From assembly GCA_038087875.1 (NCBI GenBank), contig CM075989.1, forward strand, positions 248,001-312,000: a stretch of 64,000 nt of DNA. The letters run 5' to 3'. Both the position numbers and the translations under genes were made by a program. The notes under the pieces were generated by a model, which saw nothing but the letters and a program-made list of their open reading frames with translations, was not told the origin of the DNA and did no database searches. Of the stretch, positions 10,697 through 23,311 are shown one piece after another. The stretch comes from Malacoraja senta (Eukaryota). Numbering within the stretch: position 1 is the first letter of the stretch; each line of letters opens with the position of its first letter.

Positions 10697-12261
10697 ACCA
10701 TATAACCATATATAACCATAACGGCACGGAAACAGGCCATCTCGGCCCTTCAAGTCCGTGCCGAACATTTTTTTTAAAATTAAATTAAAAATAAATACTT
10801 CCCCCTAGTCCCATCTACCTGCACTCAGACCATAACCCTCCATTCCTTTCCCATCCATATACCCATCCAATCTATTTTTAAAGGATAAAATCGAACCAGC
10901 CTCCACCACTTCCACTGGAAGCTCATTCCACACAGCTACCACTCTCTGAGTAAAGAAGTTCCCCCTAATGTTCCCCCTAAACTTCTGTCCCTTAATTCTC
11001 AAGTCATGTCCCCTTGTTTGAATCTTCCCTACTCTCAATGGGAAAAGCTTATCCACGTCCACTCTGTCTAACCCGCTCATAATTTTAAAGACCTCTATCA
11101 AGTCCCCTCTTAACCTTCTGCGCTCCAAAGAATAAAGACCTAACTTGTTCAACCTTTCTCTGTAACTTAGTTGCTGAAACCCAGGCAACATTCTAGTAAA
11201 TCTCCTCTGTACTCTCTCTATTTTGTTGACATCCTTCCTATAATTAGGCGACCAAAATTGTACTCCATACTCCAGAATTGGCCTCACCAATGCCTTGTAC
11301 AATTTTAACATTACATCCCAACTTCTATATTCAATGCTCTGATTTATAAAGGCCAGCACACCAATAGCTTTCTTTACCACCCTATCTACATGAGATTCCA
11401 CCTTCAGGGAACTATGCACAGTTATTCCTAGATCCCTCTGTTCAACTGCATTCCTCAATTCGCTACCATTTACCGTGTACGTCCTATTTTGATTTGTCCT
11501 GCCGAGATGTAGCACCTCACATTTGTCAGCATTAAACTCCATCTGCCATCTTTCAGCCCACTCTTCCAAATGGCCTAAATCTCTCTGTAGACTTTGAAAA
11601 TCTACTTCATTATCCACAACACCACCTATCTTAGAATCATCTGCATACTTACTAATCCAATTTTCCAGACCTCCATCCAGATCATTGATGTACATGACAA
11701 ACAACAGTGGACCCAACACAGACCCCTGAGGCACCCCACTAGTCACCGGCCTCCAACCTGACAAACAGCCATCCACCATTACTCTCTGGCATCTCCCATT
11801 CAGCCACTGTTGAATCCATCTTGCTACTCCACCATTAATACCCAACAATTGAATCTTCTTAACCAACCTTCCATGAGGAACCTTGTCAAAGGCCTTACTG
11901 AAGTCCATATAGACAACATCCACTGCTTTACCCTCATCAATTTCCCTAGTAACCTCTTCAAAAAATTCAAGAAGATTAGTCAAGCATGACCTTCCAGGCA
12001 CAAATCCATGTTGACTGTTCCTAATCAGACCCTGCTTATCCAGATGCTTATATATATTATCTTTAAGTATCCTTTCCATTAATTTGCCCACCACTGACGT
12101 CAAACTAACAGGTCTATAATTGCTAAGTTTACTCTTCGAACCCTTTTTAAACAACGGAACAACATGCGCAGTATGCCAATCCTCCGGCACTATTCCCGTT
12201 TCTAATGACATTTGAAATATTTCTGTCATAGCCCCTGCTATTTCTACACTAACTTCCCTCA
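10697..12261 (-). mobile_element. CR1-B, 5'-truncated copy with open RT frame (10805-12262)
   Basis: Near-identical to 8371-9950; (TAACCATA)n tail; AATATA duplicated at 10691 and 12279. Confidence 0.95.
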
Positions 12262-12280
12262 CAGTGCTCTCTCATTCAAA

Positions 12281-13645
12281 TATACACTGCTCTCTCATTC
12301 AAAACATGCCTTGCTTTCCCCATCACTCCAATACTCCGTGCTACTTTTGCTCTCACATGTTTTATATGGGGTTTCCAGCAGATTTTGTGATCAAGAATCA
12401 CACCCAGAAATTTATTTTCATACCCTCTTTCTATTGCAACATTATTTATCATTACTTTTACTTGTGTATTTATTTTGCGTTTTCCAAACAGCATAAGTTT
12501 GGTTTTATTTAAATTTAATGATAATTTATTCAAATCAAACCATGTTTTTAGCTTACTCATTTCTGCTGTGAGCACCTCCAAAAGCTGCTGCAAATTGTCC
12601 CCATCACAGAAAATATTAGTGTCATCTGCAAATAACACAAATTTCAAGAGGTTTGACACCCTACATATATCATTAAAATACAAAATAAATAATTTGGGGC
12701 CCAAAACCGACCCCTGTGGAACTCCACAAGTTATTTCTAAGCATGTTGATTTGCAGTCCCCTATTTGCACAAACTGATGTCTTTTACTTCTCATCCACTC
12801 TAGTACAACCCTCTGATTCCATACTTTTCCAGTTTTTTGATTAGCAAATGATGATCAATTGTATCGAATGCTTTTTTCAAATCTATAAATACACCCACTG
12901 CATATTTCTTGTTATCTATAGAACTGGTAATGTCTTCAATTAACTCCATTAATGCCATGGATGTCGATCTGTTTGACCTGAATCCATATTGACTATCAAC
13001 TAGCAATTCGTGCTTCTCGATAAAGTTATCTAATCTACTTACATACAGTTTTTCTAATATTTTTGAGAACTGAGAGAGTAACGACACCGGCCTGTAATTT
13101 GTAAATTGATTTCTGTCTCCAGCTTTGTATAGTGCGATGACTTTGGCAGTTTTCATTTTACATGGAAATACACCAGTTTTGAAAGATAAATTGCAAATAT
13201 AAGTTAAGGGTTTTACAATTACACCAATGACTACCTTGATTAAAGCCATATCAATGTCATTCCAGTCTGTAGACCTTTTATTCTTACAATTACTAACAAT
13301 GTCAATAATCTCCTTTTCATCAGCTGCTTTCAAAAACATTGGGTTTGGGTTGCTGTCCAACAAATCCACAACCTTCCCCTATCTTTCTTCTGACTGTGGA
13401 TTATCGATTTCTTCTGCCAGTTTTGGTCCCACACTTACAAAAAAATTGTTAAACCCATTAACCACATCATTCATATCGCTTACAGTTGTATCATTGTCTT
13501 CAAAATACTGAGGGTAGTTTATTGTCCATTGATCCATTCCTGATAATATTATTTAACACATTCCATATGCCCTTGATATTATTTTTATTATCGTTTAATA
13601 TTTTATTATAATAATCTTTCTTACATGTCCTCATAATACTAGTCA
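12281..13645 (-). mobile_element. Crack-like LINE RT core
   Basis: [52 protein letters not shown] and NKLSLNLNKT. Confidence 0.85.
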
Positions 13646-13761
13646 TATAACCATATAACCATATAACCATAACAGCATGGAAACAGGCCATCTCGGCCCT
13701 TCAAGTCCGTGCCGAACATTAATTTTTTTTTTTTTTTTAAATTAAAAATAAATACTTCCCC

Positions 13762-16710
13762 CTAGTCCCATCTACCTGCACTCAGACCATAACCCTCCAT
13801 TCCTTTCCCGTCCATATACCCATCCAATCTATTTGTAAAGGATAACATCGAACCTGCCTCCACCACTTCCACTGGAAGCTCATTCCACACAGCTACCACT
13901 CTCTGAGTAAAGAAGTTCCCCCTAATGTTCCCCCTAAACTTCTGTCCCTTAATTCTCAAGTCATGTCCCCTTGTTTGAATCTTCCCTACTCTCAATGGGA
14001 AAAGCTTATCCACGTCCACTCTGTCTAACCCGCTCATAATTTTAAAGACCTCTATCAAGTCCCCTCTTAACCTTCTGCGCTCCAAAGAATAAAGACCTAA
14101 CTTGTTCAACCTTTCACTGTAACTTAGTTGCTGAAACCCAGGCAACATTCTAGTAAATCTCCTCTGTACTCTCTCTACTTTGTTGACATCCTTCCTATAA
14201 TTAGGCGACCAAAATTGTACTCCATACTCCAGAATTGGCCTCACCAATGCCTTGTACAATTTTAACATCACATCCCAACTTCTATATTCAATGCTCTGAT
14301 TTATAAAGGCCAGCACACCAAAAGCTTTCTTTACCACCCTATCTACATGAGATTCCACCTTCAGGGAACTATGCACAGTTATTCCTAGATCCCTCTGTTC
14401 AACTGCATTCCTCAATTCGCTACCATTTACCGTGTACGTCCTATTTTGATTTGTCCTGCCGAGATGTAGCACCTCACATTTGTCAGCATTAAACTCCATC
14501 TGCCATCTTTCAGCTCACTCTTCCAAATGGCCTAAATCTCTCTGTAGACTTTGAAAATCTACTTCATTATCCACAACACCACCTATCTTAGTATCATCTG
14601 CATACTTACTAATCCAATTTTCCACACCATCATCCAGATCATTGATGTACATGACAAACAACAGTGGACCCAACACAGACCCCTGAGGCACCCCACTAGT
14701 CACCGGCCTCCAACCTGACAAACAGCCATCCACCATTACTCTCTGGCATCTCCCATTCAGCCACTGTTGAATCCATCTTGCTACTCCACCATTAATACCC
14801 AACAGTTGAATCTTCTTAACCAACCTTCCATGAGGAACCTTGTCAAAGGCCTTACTGAAGTCCATATAGACAACATCCACTGCTTTACCCTCATCAATTT
14901 CCCTAGTAACCTCTTCGAAAAATTCAAGAAGATTAGTCAAGCATGACCTTCCAGGCACAAATCCATGTTGACTGTTCCTAATCAGACCCTGCTTATCCAG
15001 ATGCTTATATATATTATCTTTAAGTATCCTTTCCATTAATTTGCCCACCACTGACGTCAAACTAACAGGTCTATAATTGCTAGGTTTACTCTTCGAACCC
15101 TTTTTAAACAACGGAACAACATGCGCAGTACGCCAATCCTCCGGCACTATTCCCGTTTCTAATGACATTTGAAATATTTCTGTCATAGCCCCTGCTATTT
15201 CTACACTAACTTCCCTCAATGTCCTAGGGAATATCCTGTCAGGACCTGGAGACTTATCCGTTTTCATATTTTTCAAAAGTGTCCGCACCTCCTCTTCTTT
15301 GAATCTCATAGTTTCCATTGCTACTCTGCTTGTTTCCCTTACCTCACATAATTCCATATCCTTCTCCTTCGTGAATACCGAAGAAAATAAATTGTTCAAT
15401 ATCTCCCCCATCTCTTTTGGCTCTGCAGATAGCTGTCCACTCTGACTCTCTAATGGACCAATTTTATTCCTTGTTATCCTTTTGCTATTAATATAGCTGT
15501 AGAAACCCTTTGGATTTACTTTCACCTTACTTGCCAAAGCAACCTCATATCTTCTTTTAGCTTTTCTAATTTCTTTCTTAATATTCTTTTTACATTCTTT
15601 ATACTCCTCAAGCACCTCATTTACTCCATGCTGCCTATAATTATTGTAGATCTATCTCTTTTTCCGAACCAAGTGTCAAATTTCCCTTGAAAACCATGGA
15701 TCTTTCCATTTTTTACTATTTCCTTTCAACCGAACAGGGACATAAAGATTCTGTACTCTTAAAATTTCACCCTTAAATGTCGTCCATTTTTCTTCTACAT
15801 CCTTCCCATAAAACAACATGTCCTAATTCACTCCTTTTAAATCCTTTCGCATCTCCTCAAAGTTAGCCTTTCTCCAAACAAAAATCTCAATCCTAGGTCC
15901 AGTTCTGACCCTCTCCATAATTACATTGAAACTAATGGTATTGTGATCACTGGACCCGAAGTGCTCCCCGACGCATACCTCCGCCACCTGCCCTGTCTCA
16001 TTTCCTAACAGGAGGTCCAGCACTGCCCCTTCTCTTGTAGGTACCTCTATGTATTGCTGCAAAAAACTATCTTGCACACATTTTACAAACTCCAAACCAT
16101 CCAGCCCTTTTACAGAATGTGTTTCCCAGTCTATGTGTGGAAAATTGAAATCTCCCACAATCACTACCTTGTGCTTACTACTAATATCTGCTATCTCCTT
16201 ACATATTTGCTCTTCCAATTCTCGCTCCCCATTTGTGTTGCTACACCCCTATAAGTGTTGCTACACCTTTCCCATTTCTCAGTTCCACCCAAATAGCCTC
16301 CCTGGACGAGCCCTCTAATCTATCCTGCCAAAGCACTGCTGTAATATCTTCCTTGACAAGCAATGCAACACCCCCACCTCTTGCCCCTCCAATTCTATCA
16401 CCCCTGAAGCAACGAAATCCTGGAATATTTATTTGACAATCACAGCCCTCCTGCAACCATGTTTCACTGATCGCCACAACATCATACTTCCAGGTGTCAA
16501 TCCAGGCTCTAAGCTCATCCACCTTTCTTACAATGCTCCTAGCATTAAAATATACACATTTAAGAAACCCACCACCACTTATTCTCTGTTTATTATCTTT
16601 TTCTTCTTTCTCCCCTACATTTTGGGTCCGAGTGCTTCCCTTCTCTGCCTCCTGCCTCCCACATTTTCCACTAGCTTTCTCTATTTGAGTCCCTCCCCCC
16701 AACCGTTCTA
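13762..16710 (-). pseudogene. CR1-B ORF2 with several stops and one indel
   Basis: ORFs 16241-16702, 15823-16218, 14515-15615 and 13762-14499 are collinear with the 898-aa ORF2. Confidence 0.9.
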
Positions 16711-17643
16711 GTTTAAAGTCTCCCCAGTAGCCTTTGCAAATCTCCCCGCCAGGATATTGGTCCCCCTCTTGCTCAAGTGCAACCCGTCCTTTCTGTACAG
16801 GTCACACCTTCCCCAAAAGAGGTCCCAATGATCCAGAAATTTGAATCCCTGCCCGCTGCACCAGTTCCTCAGCCACGCATTTATCCTCCACCTCACTCCA
16901 TTCCTACTCTCACCGTCGCGTGGCACAGGTAGTAATCCTGAGATTGTTACCTTTGTAGTCCTTCTCCTTAACTCTCCTCCCAACTCCCTAAATTCTCCTT
17001 TCAAGACCTCTTCTCTTTTTCTACCTATGTCATTGGTACCTATGTGTACCACAACCTCAGGCTCCTCTCGCTCCGATTACAGGATATCTTGGACGCGTTC
17101 AGACACATCCCTGACCCTGGCACCAGGGAGGCAAACTACCATCCGGGTCTCCTGACTGCATCCACAGAATCGCCTATCCGACCCCCTAACCATAGAGTCC
17201 CCTATTACTATTGCCCTCCTCTTCTTTTCCCTACCCTTCTGAGCAATAGGGCTGGTCTCTGTGCCGGAGGCCCGGCCGCTGTTGCTACCCGCAGGAAGGC
17301 TGTCCCCCTCAACAGTACTCAAACAGGAGTACTTATTTTCAAGGTGTACAGCCACCGGGGTACTCACTAGTCCCTGCCTCTGCCCCTTGCCCTTCCTAAC
17401 CATGACCCACTTGTCTGCCTCCCGTGGTCTTGGAGTGGCCACCTCCCTATAACTCTTTTCTATGACCTCCTCACTCTCCCTGATCAGACAGAGGTCATCG
17501 AGCTGCTGCTCCAGGTTCCTAACACGGTCCCTTAGGAACCCCATCTCTACGCACCTGACACAGATGTGAACGTCTGGAGGGGTATCAGACTCCATGACCT
17601 CCCACATCTGACATCCAGAACAGTAAACTGCCCTGGCCCTCAT
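16708..17643 (-). pseudogene. CR1-B ORF1, complete length with one premature stop (17077-17079)
   Basis: MRARAVYCSGC..HICVRC, coiled coil, GDS, GTND and DGLH. Confidence 0.88.
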
Positions 17644-17792
17644 ACTCCCCCCTTACCCTGGATACAATACAAAACTGGTGAAGGAAATCAGCAGGGATCT
17701 GACTCCCAATCAGCTGCTTTCTCTTTGTCCTCTTCCACCAATCAGTGGCTTCCTCACTTATAGGAAACTTGAATGGAACGTTTGAGTTTTGG

Positions 17793-17922
17793 TCCTTCCG
17801 CAACGGTCCCTGGGCGTCTGGAAAGCAAAGCCCCGCGCCGTTTATCTACTCACCACCCGGACGCTGCTCCTCCTTCTGCAACGGTCCCTGGGCGTCTGGA
17901 AAGCAAAGCCCCGCGCCGTTTA
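17793..17922 (-). repeat. Tandem 52-bp CpG-rich repeat (78-bp period) in the CR1-B 5' UTR
   Basis: TCCTTCYGCAACGGTCCCTGGGCGTCTGGAAAGCAAAGCCCCGCGCCGTTTA at 17793 and 17871. Confidence 0.9.
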
Positions 17923-17926
17923 GTCA

Positions 17927-18506
17927 ATTTGTTTTTATATCTTTTGTATTTACTTTCTGCTTCTATAGTTCTGAATTTTATGAATTCTTTATACAAGATA
18001 TTCTTTTTTTTGCATGCATTTTGTAGTCCTTTTTGTCATCCATGGCCCAGCTATATATTTTTGCTTCTTGTTATGTTGTTTCAAAGGCCAGTGTTCATCA
18101 TATAATGATTTAAATATTATCAGGAATGTTTCATACGCTTTGTTGGTATCAGTCTCTTTAAACACCTGTTTCCAATTTTGGGTCAGTAATACATTTCTAA
18201 ATTTATTTATAGATTCTTCTGTTCTTACTCTCCTGTATCTAATCTTATTAACATCCTTACACTTAACATAATCACAAACAAACATTATAAAAACCGGCAG
18301 ATGGTCACTGATGTCATTTAGTAGTAACCCACTCTTTATGCTGTTGTCCATACTGTTTGTAAATATGTTGTCTATTAGAGTTGCACAGTGAGATGTTATT
18401 CTACTTGGTTTGGTGATAAGTGGAAAAAAACTCATACTGAACAATACATCAATAAATTCATCAGTCTGTTTGTGCTTGTTGGGATTTAAGAGATTTAAGA
18501 GATCTA
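17927..18506 (-). mobile_element. Crack-like LINE endonuclease C-terminal part (5' truncation point)
   Basis: IDLL..ITKPSRIT..TLIDNIFTN..ISDHLPVF..PWMT. Confidence 0.82.
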
Positions 18507-18772
18507 TGGATAAATGTGAGGTTATCCACTTTGGGGGCAAAAACAGGAAATTAGACTATTAGCTAATTGGTGGCCGATTAGGAAAAGGGGAGATGCAACG
18601 AGACCTGGGTGTCATGGTACACCAGTCATTGAAAGTAGGCATGCAGGTAGTGAAGAAAGCGAATGGTATGTTAGCATTCATAGCGAAAGGATTTGAGTAT
18701 AGGAGCAGGGAGGTTCTACTGCAGTTGTACAGGGTCTTGGTGAGACCACACCTGGAATATTGCGTACAGTTT
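18507..18772 (+). mobile_element. CR1-A host copy, part 3
   Basis: Resumes DKCEVIHFG..RDLGV..PHLEYCVQF from 5662. Confidence 0.9.
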
Positions 18773-19850
18773 TACATAGATACATAGATACATAGAAAAT
18801 AGGTGCAGGAGTAGGCCATTCGGCCCTTTGAGCCTGCACCGCCATTCAATCTGATCATGGCTGATCATCCAACTCAGTATCCCGTACCTGCCTTCTCTCC
18901 ATACCCCCTGATCCCTTTAGCCACAAGGGCCACATCTAACTCCCTCTTAAATATAGCCAATGAACTGGCCTCAACTACCCTCTGTGGCAGAGAGTTCCAG
19001 AGATTCACCACTCTCTGTGTGAAAACGTTTTTTCTCATCTCGGTCTTAAAGGATTTCCCCCTTATCCTTAAGCTGTGACCCCTTGTCCTGGACTTCCCCA
19101 ACATCGGGAACAATCTTCCTGCATCTAGCCTGTCCAACCCCATAAGAATTTTGTAAGTTTCTATAAGATCCCCTCTCAATCTCCTAAATTCTAGCGAGTA
19201 TAAGCCAAGTCTATCCTGTCTTTCTTCATATGAAAGTCCTGACATCCCAGGAATCAGTCTGGTGAACCTTCTCTGCACTCCCTCTATGGCTATAATGTCC
19301 TTCCTCAGATTTGGAGACCAAAACTGTACGCAATACTCCAGGTGTAGTCTCACCAAGACCCTGTACAACTGCAGTAGAACCTCCCTGCTCCTATACTCAA
19401 ATCCTTTTGGTATGAAAGCTAACATACCATTCGCTTTCTTCACTGCCTGCTGCACCTGCATGCCTACTTTCAATGACTGGTGTACCATGACACCCAGGTC
19501 TCCCTGCATCTCCCCTTTTCCTAATCTGCCACCATTTAGTTAATAGTCTGCTTTCCTGTTTTTGCCACCAAAGTGGATAACCTCACATTTATCCACATTA
19601 TACTGCATCTGCCAAACATTAGCCCACTCACCCAGCCTATCCAAGTCACCTTGCAGTCTCCTAGCATCCTCCTCACAGCTAACACTGCCCCCCAGCTTAG
19701 TGTCATCCGCAAACTTAGAGATGTTGCCTTCAATTCCCTCATCCAGCTCATTAATATAAATTGTAAATAGCTGGGGTCCCAGCACTGAGCCTTGCGGTAC
19801 CCCACTAGTCACTGCCTGCCATTGTGAAAAGGACCCGTTTACTCCTACTC
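18773..19850 (-). mobile_element. CR1-A 5'-truncated copy inserted antisense into its own family
   Basis: (TCTATGTA)n tail at 18773-18795, GGCCGAATGGCC hairpin, RT ORFs 18874-19509 and 19540-19850. Confidence 0.92.
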
Positions 19851-20390
19851 TTTGGTCTCCAAATCTGAGGAAAGACATTCTTGCCATAGAGGGAGTACAG
19901 AGAAGGTTCACCAGACTGATTCCTGGGATGTCAGGACTTTCATATGAAGAAAGACTGGATAGACTTGGCTTGTACTCGCTAGAATTTAGAAGATTGAGGG
20001 GGGATCTTATAGAAACTTACAAAATTCTTAAGGGGTTGGACAGGCTAGATACAGGAAGATTGTTCCCGATGTTGGGGAAGTCCAGGACAAGGGGTCACAG
20101 TTTAAGGATAAAGGGGAAATCCTTTAGGACCGAGATGAGAAAAACATTTTTCACACAGAGTGGTGAATCTCTGGAACTCTCTGCCACAGAAGGTAGTTGA
20201 GGCCAGTTCATTGGCTATATTTAAGAGGGAGTTAGATGTGGCCCTTGTGGCTAAAGGGATCAGGGGGTATGGAGAGAAGGCAGGTACCGGATACTGAGTT
20301 GGATGATCAGCCATGATCATATTGAATGGCGGTGCAGGCTCAAAGGGCCGAATGGCCTACTCCTGCACCTATTTTCTATGTTTCTATGTT
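19851..20390 (+). mobile_element. CR1-A host copy, part 4 (3' end)
   Basis: WSPNLRKD.. through the 3' hairpin and (TTTCTATG)n tail. Confidence 0.92.
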
Positions 20391-20873
20391 TATATGAGGA
20401 AAAGCTTTGTCACCCAGTTGTGAATTTGTGGAATTCTCTGCAACGGAAAGCAGTTGAGGCCAATTCACTGGATCTTTTCAAGAGAGTTAGTTCAAGTTCT
20501 TTTTTTTTTATTTTAATTTTTTTATTAATATGTTTATTAGAAGCAGTGTACAGTAGTATAAACCGTGGCATATAACAAAATACATTTATTGTACATCTTC
20601 CATTTTAAATTTAACAAAAAAGAAATAGAACAAGAGAGAAAGAGCAAAAACGGAAGAATGAAAGAAATAGTGAATGTGTGAACCCCAAAGCTACCAAATA
20701 GTGCAGTCCAGGAGTGAATAAGTAAAAGCCTAAAAAAGAATAAAAAGACAAAAACTAACAATAAAGAGAAAAAAAAGGGACCATTACGTATTGATATACC
20801 TGCTTCATTTCTCACCACACCCATCACCCTGTCTGTGAATCGGTTTAATTCCAAAATTGTGTTGCACCATACT

Positions 20874-21796
20874 ATAATAATATTAATAATAATAATATCT
20901 TTTATTGTCATTGCACGTCAGTGCAACGAGATTTACTATGCAGCTCCACCGATGTACAAGAAAAGTAAAATAAATAAATAAGCAAGCTGAGTGACGTGAC
21001 CATCCGAGGGAGACTGTCCAGGGGGGGTGGGTGGGGGGGGGGGGGGCACTCAGCAGGGCCGGTTCAGAGCCGCTATAGCTCTTGGAATAAAGCTGTTTTT
21101 GAGTCTGGAGGTTCGGGCGTAGAAGGCCTTGTAACGTCTGCCGGAGGGAAGTAGTTCAAACAGTCCGTTACAAGGGTGTGATGAGTCCTTATGGATGCTG
21201 ACGGCCTTCCTGAGGCACCGTGTGTGGTAGATGCCCTCCAAGGCTGGTAGCTCTGTCCCAATGATCCTCTGCGCTCTGTGGACGATGCGCTGAAGAGCTC
21301 TCCTCTCCGCCTCCGTGCAGCTGAGATACCACAGAGATGCCATACGTTAATATGCTCTCTGTGGTGCAGCGGTAGAACGTTGTCAGCAGCTGTTGGGGCA
21401 GACCAGTCTTTTTTAATGTCCTCAGGAAGAACAGTCGTTGCTGTGCCTTCTTGACCAGCGCAGCGATGTTGTTGGACCATGTGAGGTCCTCTGAAATGTG
21501 AGTGCCCAGAAACTTAAAGCTGGACACTCTCTCCACACTTTCCCTGTAAATGGAGATTGGGGCGTATTCTCCATTATGGGACCTCCTGAAGTCAATAATC
21601 AGCTCCTTGGTCTTGGAGGTGTTTAGTGACAAGTTGTTATGAGCGCACCAGTCCGCCAGGTTCTGCACCTCCACTCTGTATTTTGTTTCATCACCGTTGG
21701 TGGTCAGCCCAATCACTGTTGTGTCGTCTGCAAACTTCACGATGGTGTTGGTGTCGAATGCAGAGACACAGTTATGAGTGAAGAGGGAGTAGAGCA
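20874..21796 (-). mobile_element. Rex1/Babar-type LINE, 3' portion
   Basis: KFADDTTVIGL, LNTSKTKELIIDFR, KKAQQRLFFLR and LLPSGRRY..RTSRLKNSF; (TAT)n tail; ATAATAA at both ends. Confidence 0.88.
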
Positions 21797-21992
21797 TAAT
21801 AATAAGTAGAATCAATAAAAGGAGACCATATCTTTAAAAATTGCTCTGATTTTCCTGCAAAGACGAGTCTCATATCTTAAAGATGTAGCTTCAAAGACAT
21901 GTTTGTAATCCACATTTTGAGAGTTGGGGTAGAAGCATTTTTCCAAAATTTAAGTATACGTTTTTTGCCATTATCAGTGCGATGCTTGCAGT

Positions 21993-22883
21993 ATGTGGGA
22001 GGTCAAGGACACCGCTGGTGCCTCTGGCTGCTACAAATGCAAGAAGTGCATCCAGGTAGAGCTCCTGAAGGGCCGTGTTGGGGAACTGGAGAAGCAAGTG
22101 GATGACCTCCGCTTCGTCCGAGAAACGGAGTCGTTCCTCGACAAGTCCTACAGTACGATTGTTACACCTAAGGTACTGGAAGAGAGAAGGTGGGAGACGG
22201 TGAGAAAGGGAGGGAAGCATGGAATGCCAACGTCCCCGGGTGTTGTACCTCTTGTGAACAGGTTCACCCGCTTAGAAGCTGTTGGGACAGAAGACGTGTT
22301 TACACTGAGCGGCGGACTGGCTTGCGATGCGAATAGGGCTGTTGAGTCAAAACCAAAAAGGCCTAAGGCAGGCAACGCCATTGTAGTGGGAGACTTGATT
22401 GTGAGAGGTACGGACAGGAGTTTCTGTGGCAACAGACGGGATGCGAGGATGGTGTGCTGCCTTCCTGGTGCCAGGATCCAGAATGTCACGGACAGAGTGC
22501 AGAAAATCCTCAAGGGCGAAGGTGAACAGCCGGAAGTGGTAGTGCATGTCGGCACAAACGATGTCGGAAAGAAGAGGATGAATATTCTGCAGCGTGACTT
22601 TAGAGAGCTCGGAAAAATGCTGAAAAGCAGGACCTCCAGGGTTGTTATCTCCGGTTTGCTTCCAGTTCCTCGTGCTGGCGAGAGCAGGAACAGGGAGATA
22701 CGGGACCTGAACGTGTGGCTCAGGAACTGGTGCACGGGGCAGGGATTTAGATTCTTAGATCACTGGGATCTGTTTTGGGGTAAGGGGGAACTGTACAAAA
22801 GGGACGGATTGCATCTTAACAGGTGTGGGACCAGCATTCTGGCAGGCAGGTTTGCCACTGCTACACGGGTGGTTTTAAACTGA
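21993..22883 (+). CDS. CR1 ORF1 (zinc finger/leucine zipper plus SGNH esterase; catalytic GDS reads GDL)
   Basis: CDAC just upstream, then CKKC, coiled coil, VVGDL, HVGTND and DGLH; 296-aa open frame. Confidence 0.85.
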   Translation: MWEVKDTAGASGCYKCKKCIQVELLKGRVGELEKQVDDLRFVRETESFLDKSYSTIVTPKVLEERRWETVRKGGKHGMPTSPGVVPLVNRFTRLEAVGTEDVFTLSGGLACDANRAVESKPKRPKAGNAIVVGDLIVRGTDRSFCGNRRDARMVCCLPGARIQNVTDRVQKILKGEGEQPEVVVHVGTNDVGKKRMNILQRDFRELGKMLKSRTSRVVISGLLPVPRAGESRNREIRDLNVWLRNWCTGQGFRFLDHWDLFWGKGELYKRDGLHLNRCGTSILAGRFATATRVVLN

Positions 22884-23311
22884 ATAAGGGGGGTGGGGTT
22901 TCAAATGGGATAGTCGAGGACGGAGTTAAAGGGAAAGAGAGTAAAGGGATGATTAATGACCCCAGAATTAACGGGAAAGGAAGCTCACAAAGGGATAGGA
23001 GAGTATGGCCAAGTGTAATTGGGATCGATGTGAAAGGTGAGATGCATAAGGAATTAAAAGTATTGTATATGAATGCGCAAAATATAAGAGGTAAAGTAGA
23101 TGAGCTTGAGGCTCAGTTAGATGTTGGTAGTTATGATATTGTGGCGATTACTGTGACGTGGCTGAAGGAGGATCGGGCCCCTGAGAACTTAATATTCAGG
23201 GTTCTACATCCTATAGAAAGGACAGGCAGGTGGGCAGAGGAGGGGGGTAGCTCTGCTGGTGAGGGATGGAATTCAGTCCCTTGCGAGGGAAGACATAGGG
23301 ACTGACGAGGG

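Larger units (their letters stand above)
13646..17920 (-). mobile_element. CR1-B, apparently full-length copy with 5' UTR
   Basis: 6-bp TSD TAGTCA at 13640-13645 and 17921-17926; ORF1, ORF2 and (TATGGTTA)n tail all present. Confidence 0.95.

Noticed and set aside
10193..10768. 191-aa ORF as a chimeric gene
   Set aside because: Its N-terminus is the CR1-B tail read into the Crack RT frame; a junction artefact.
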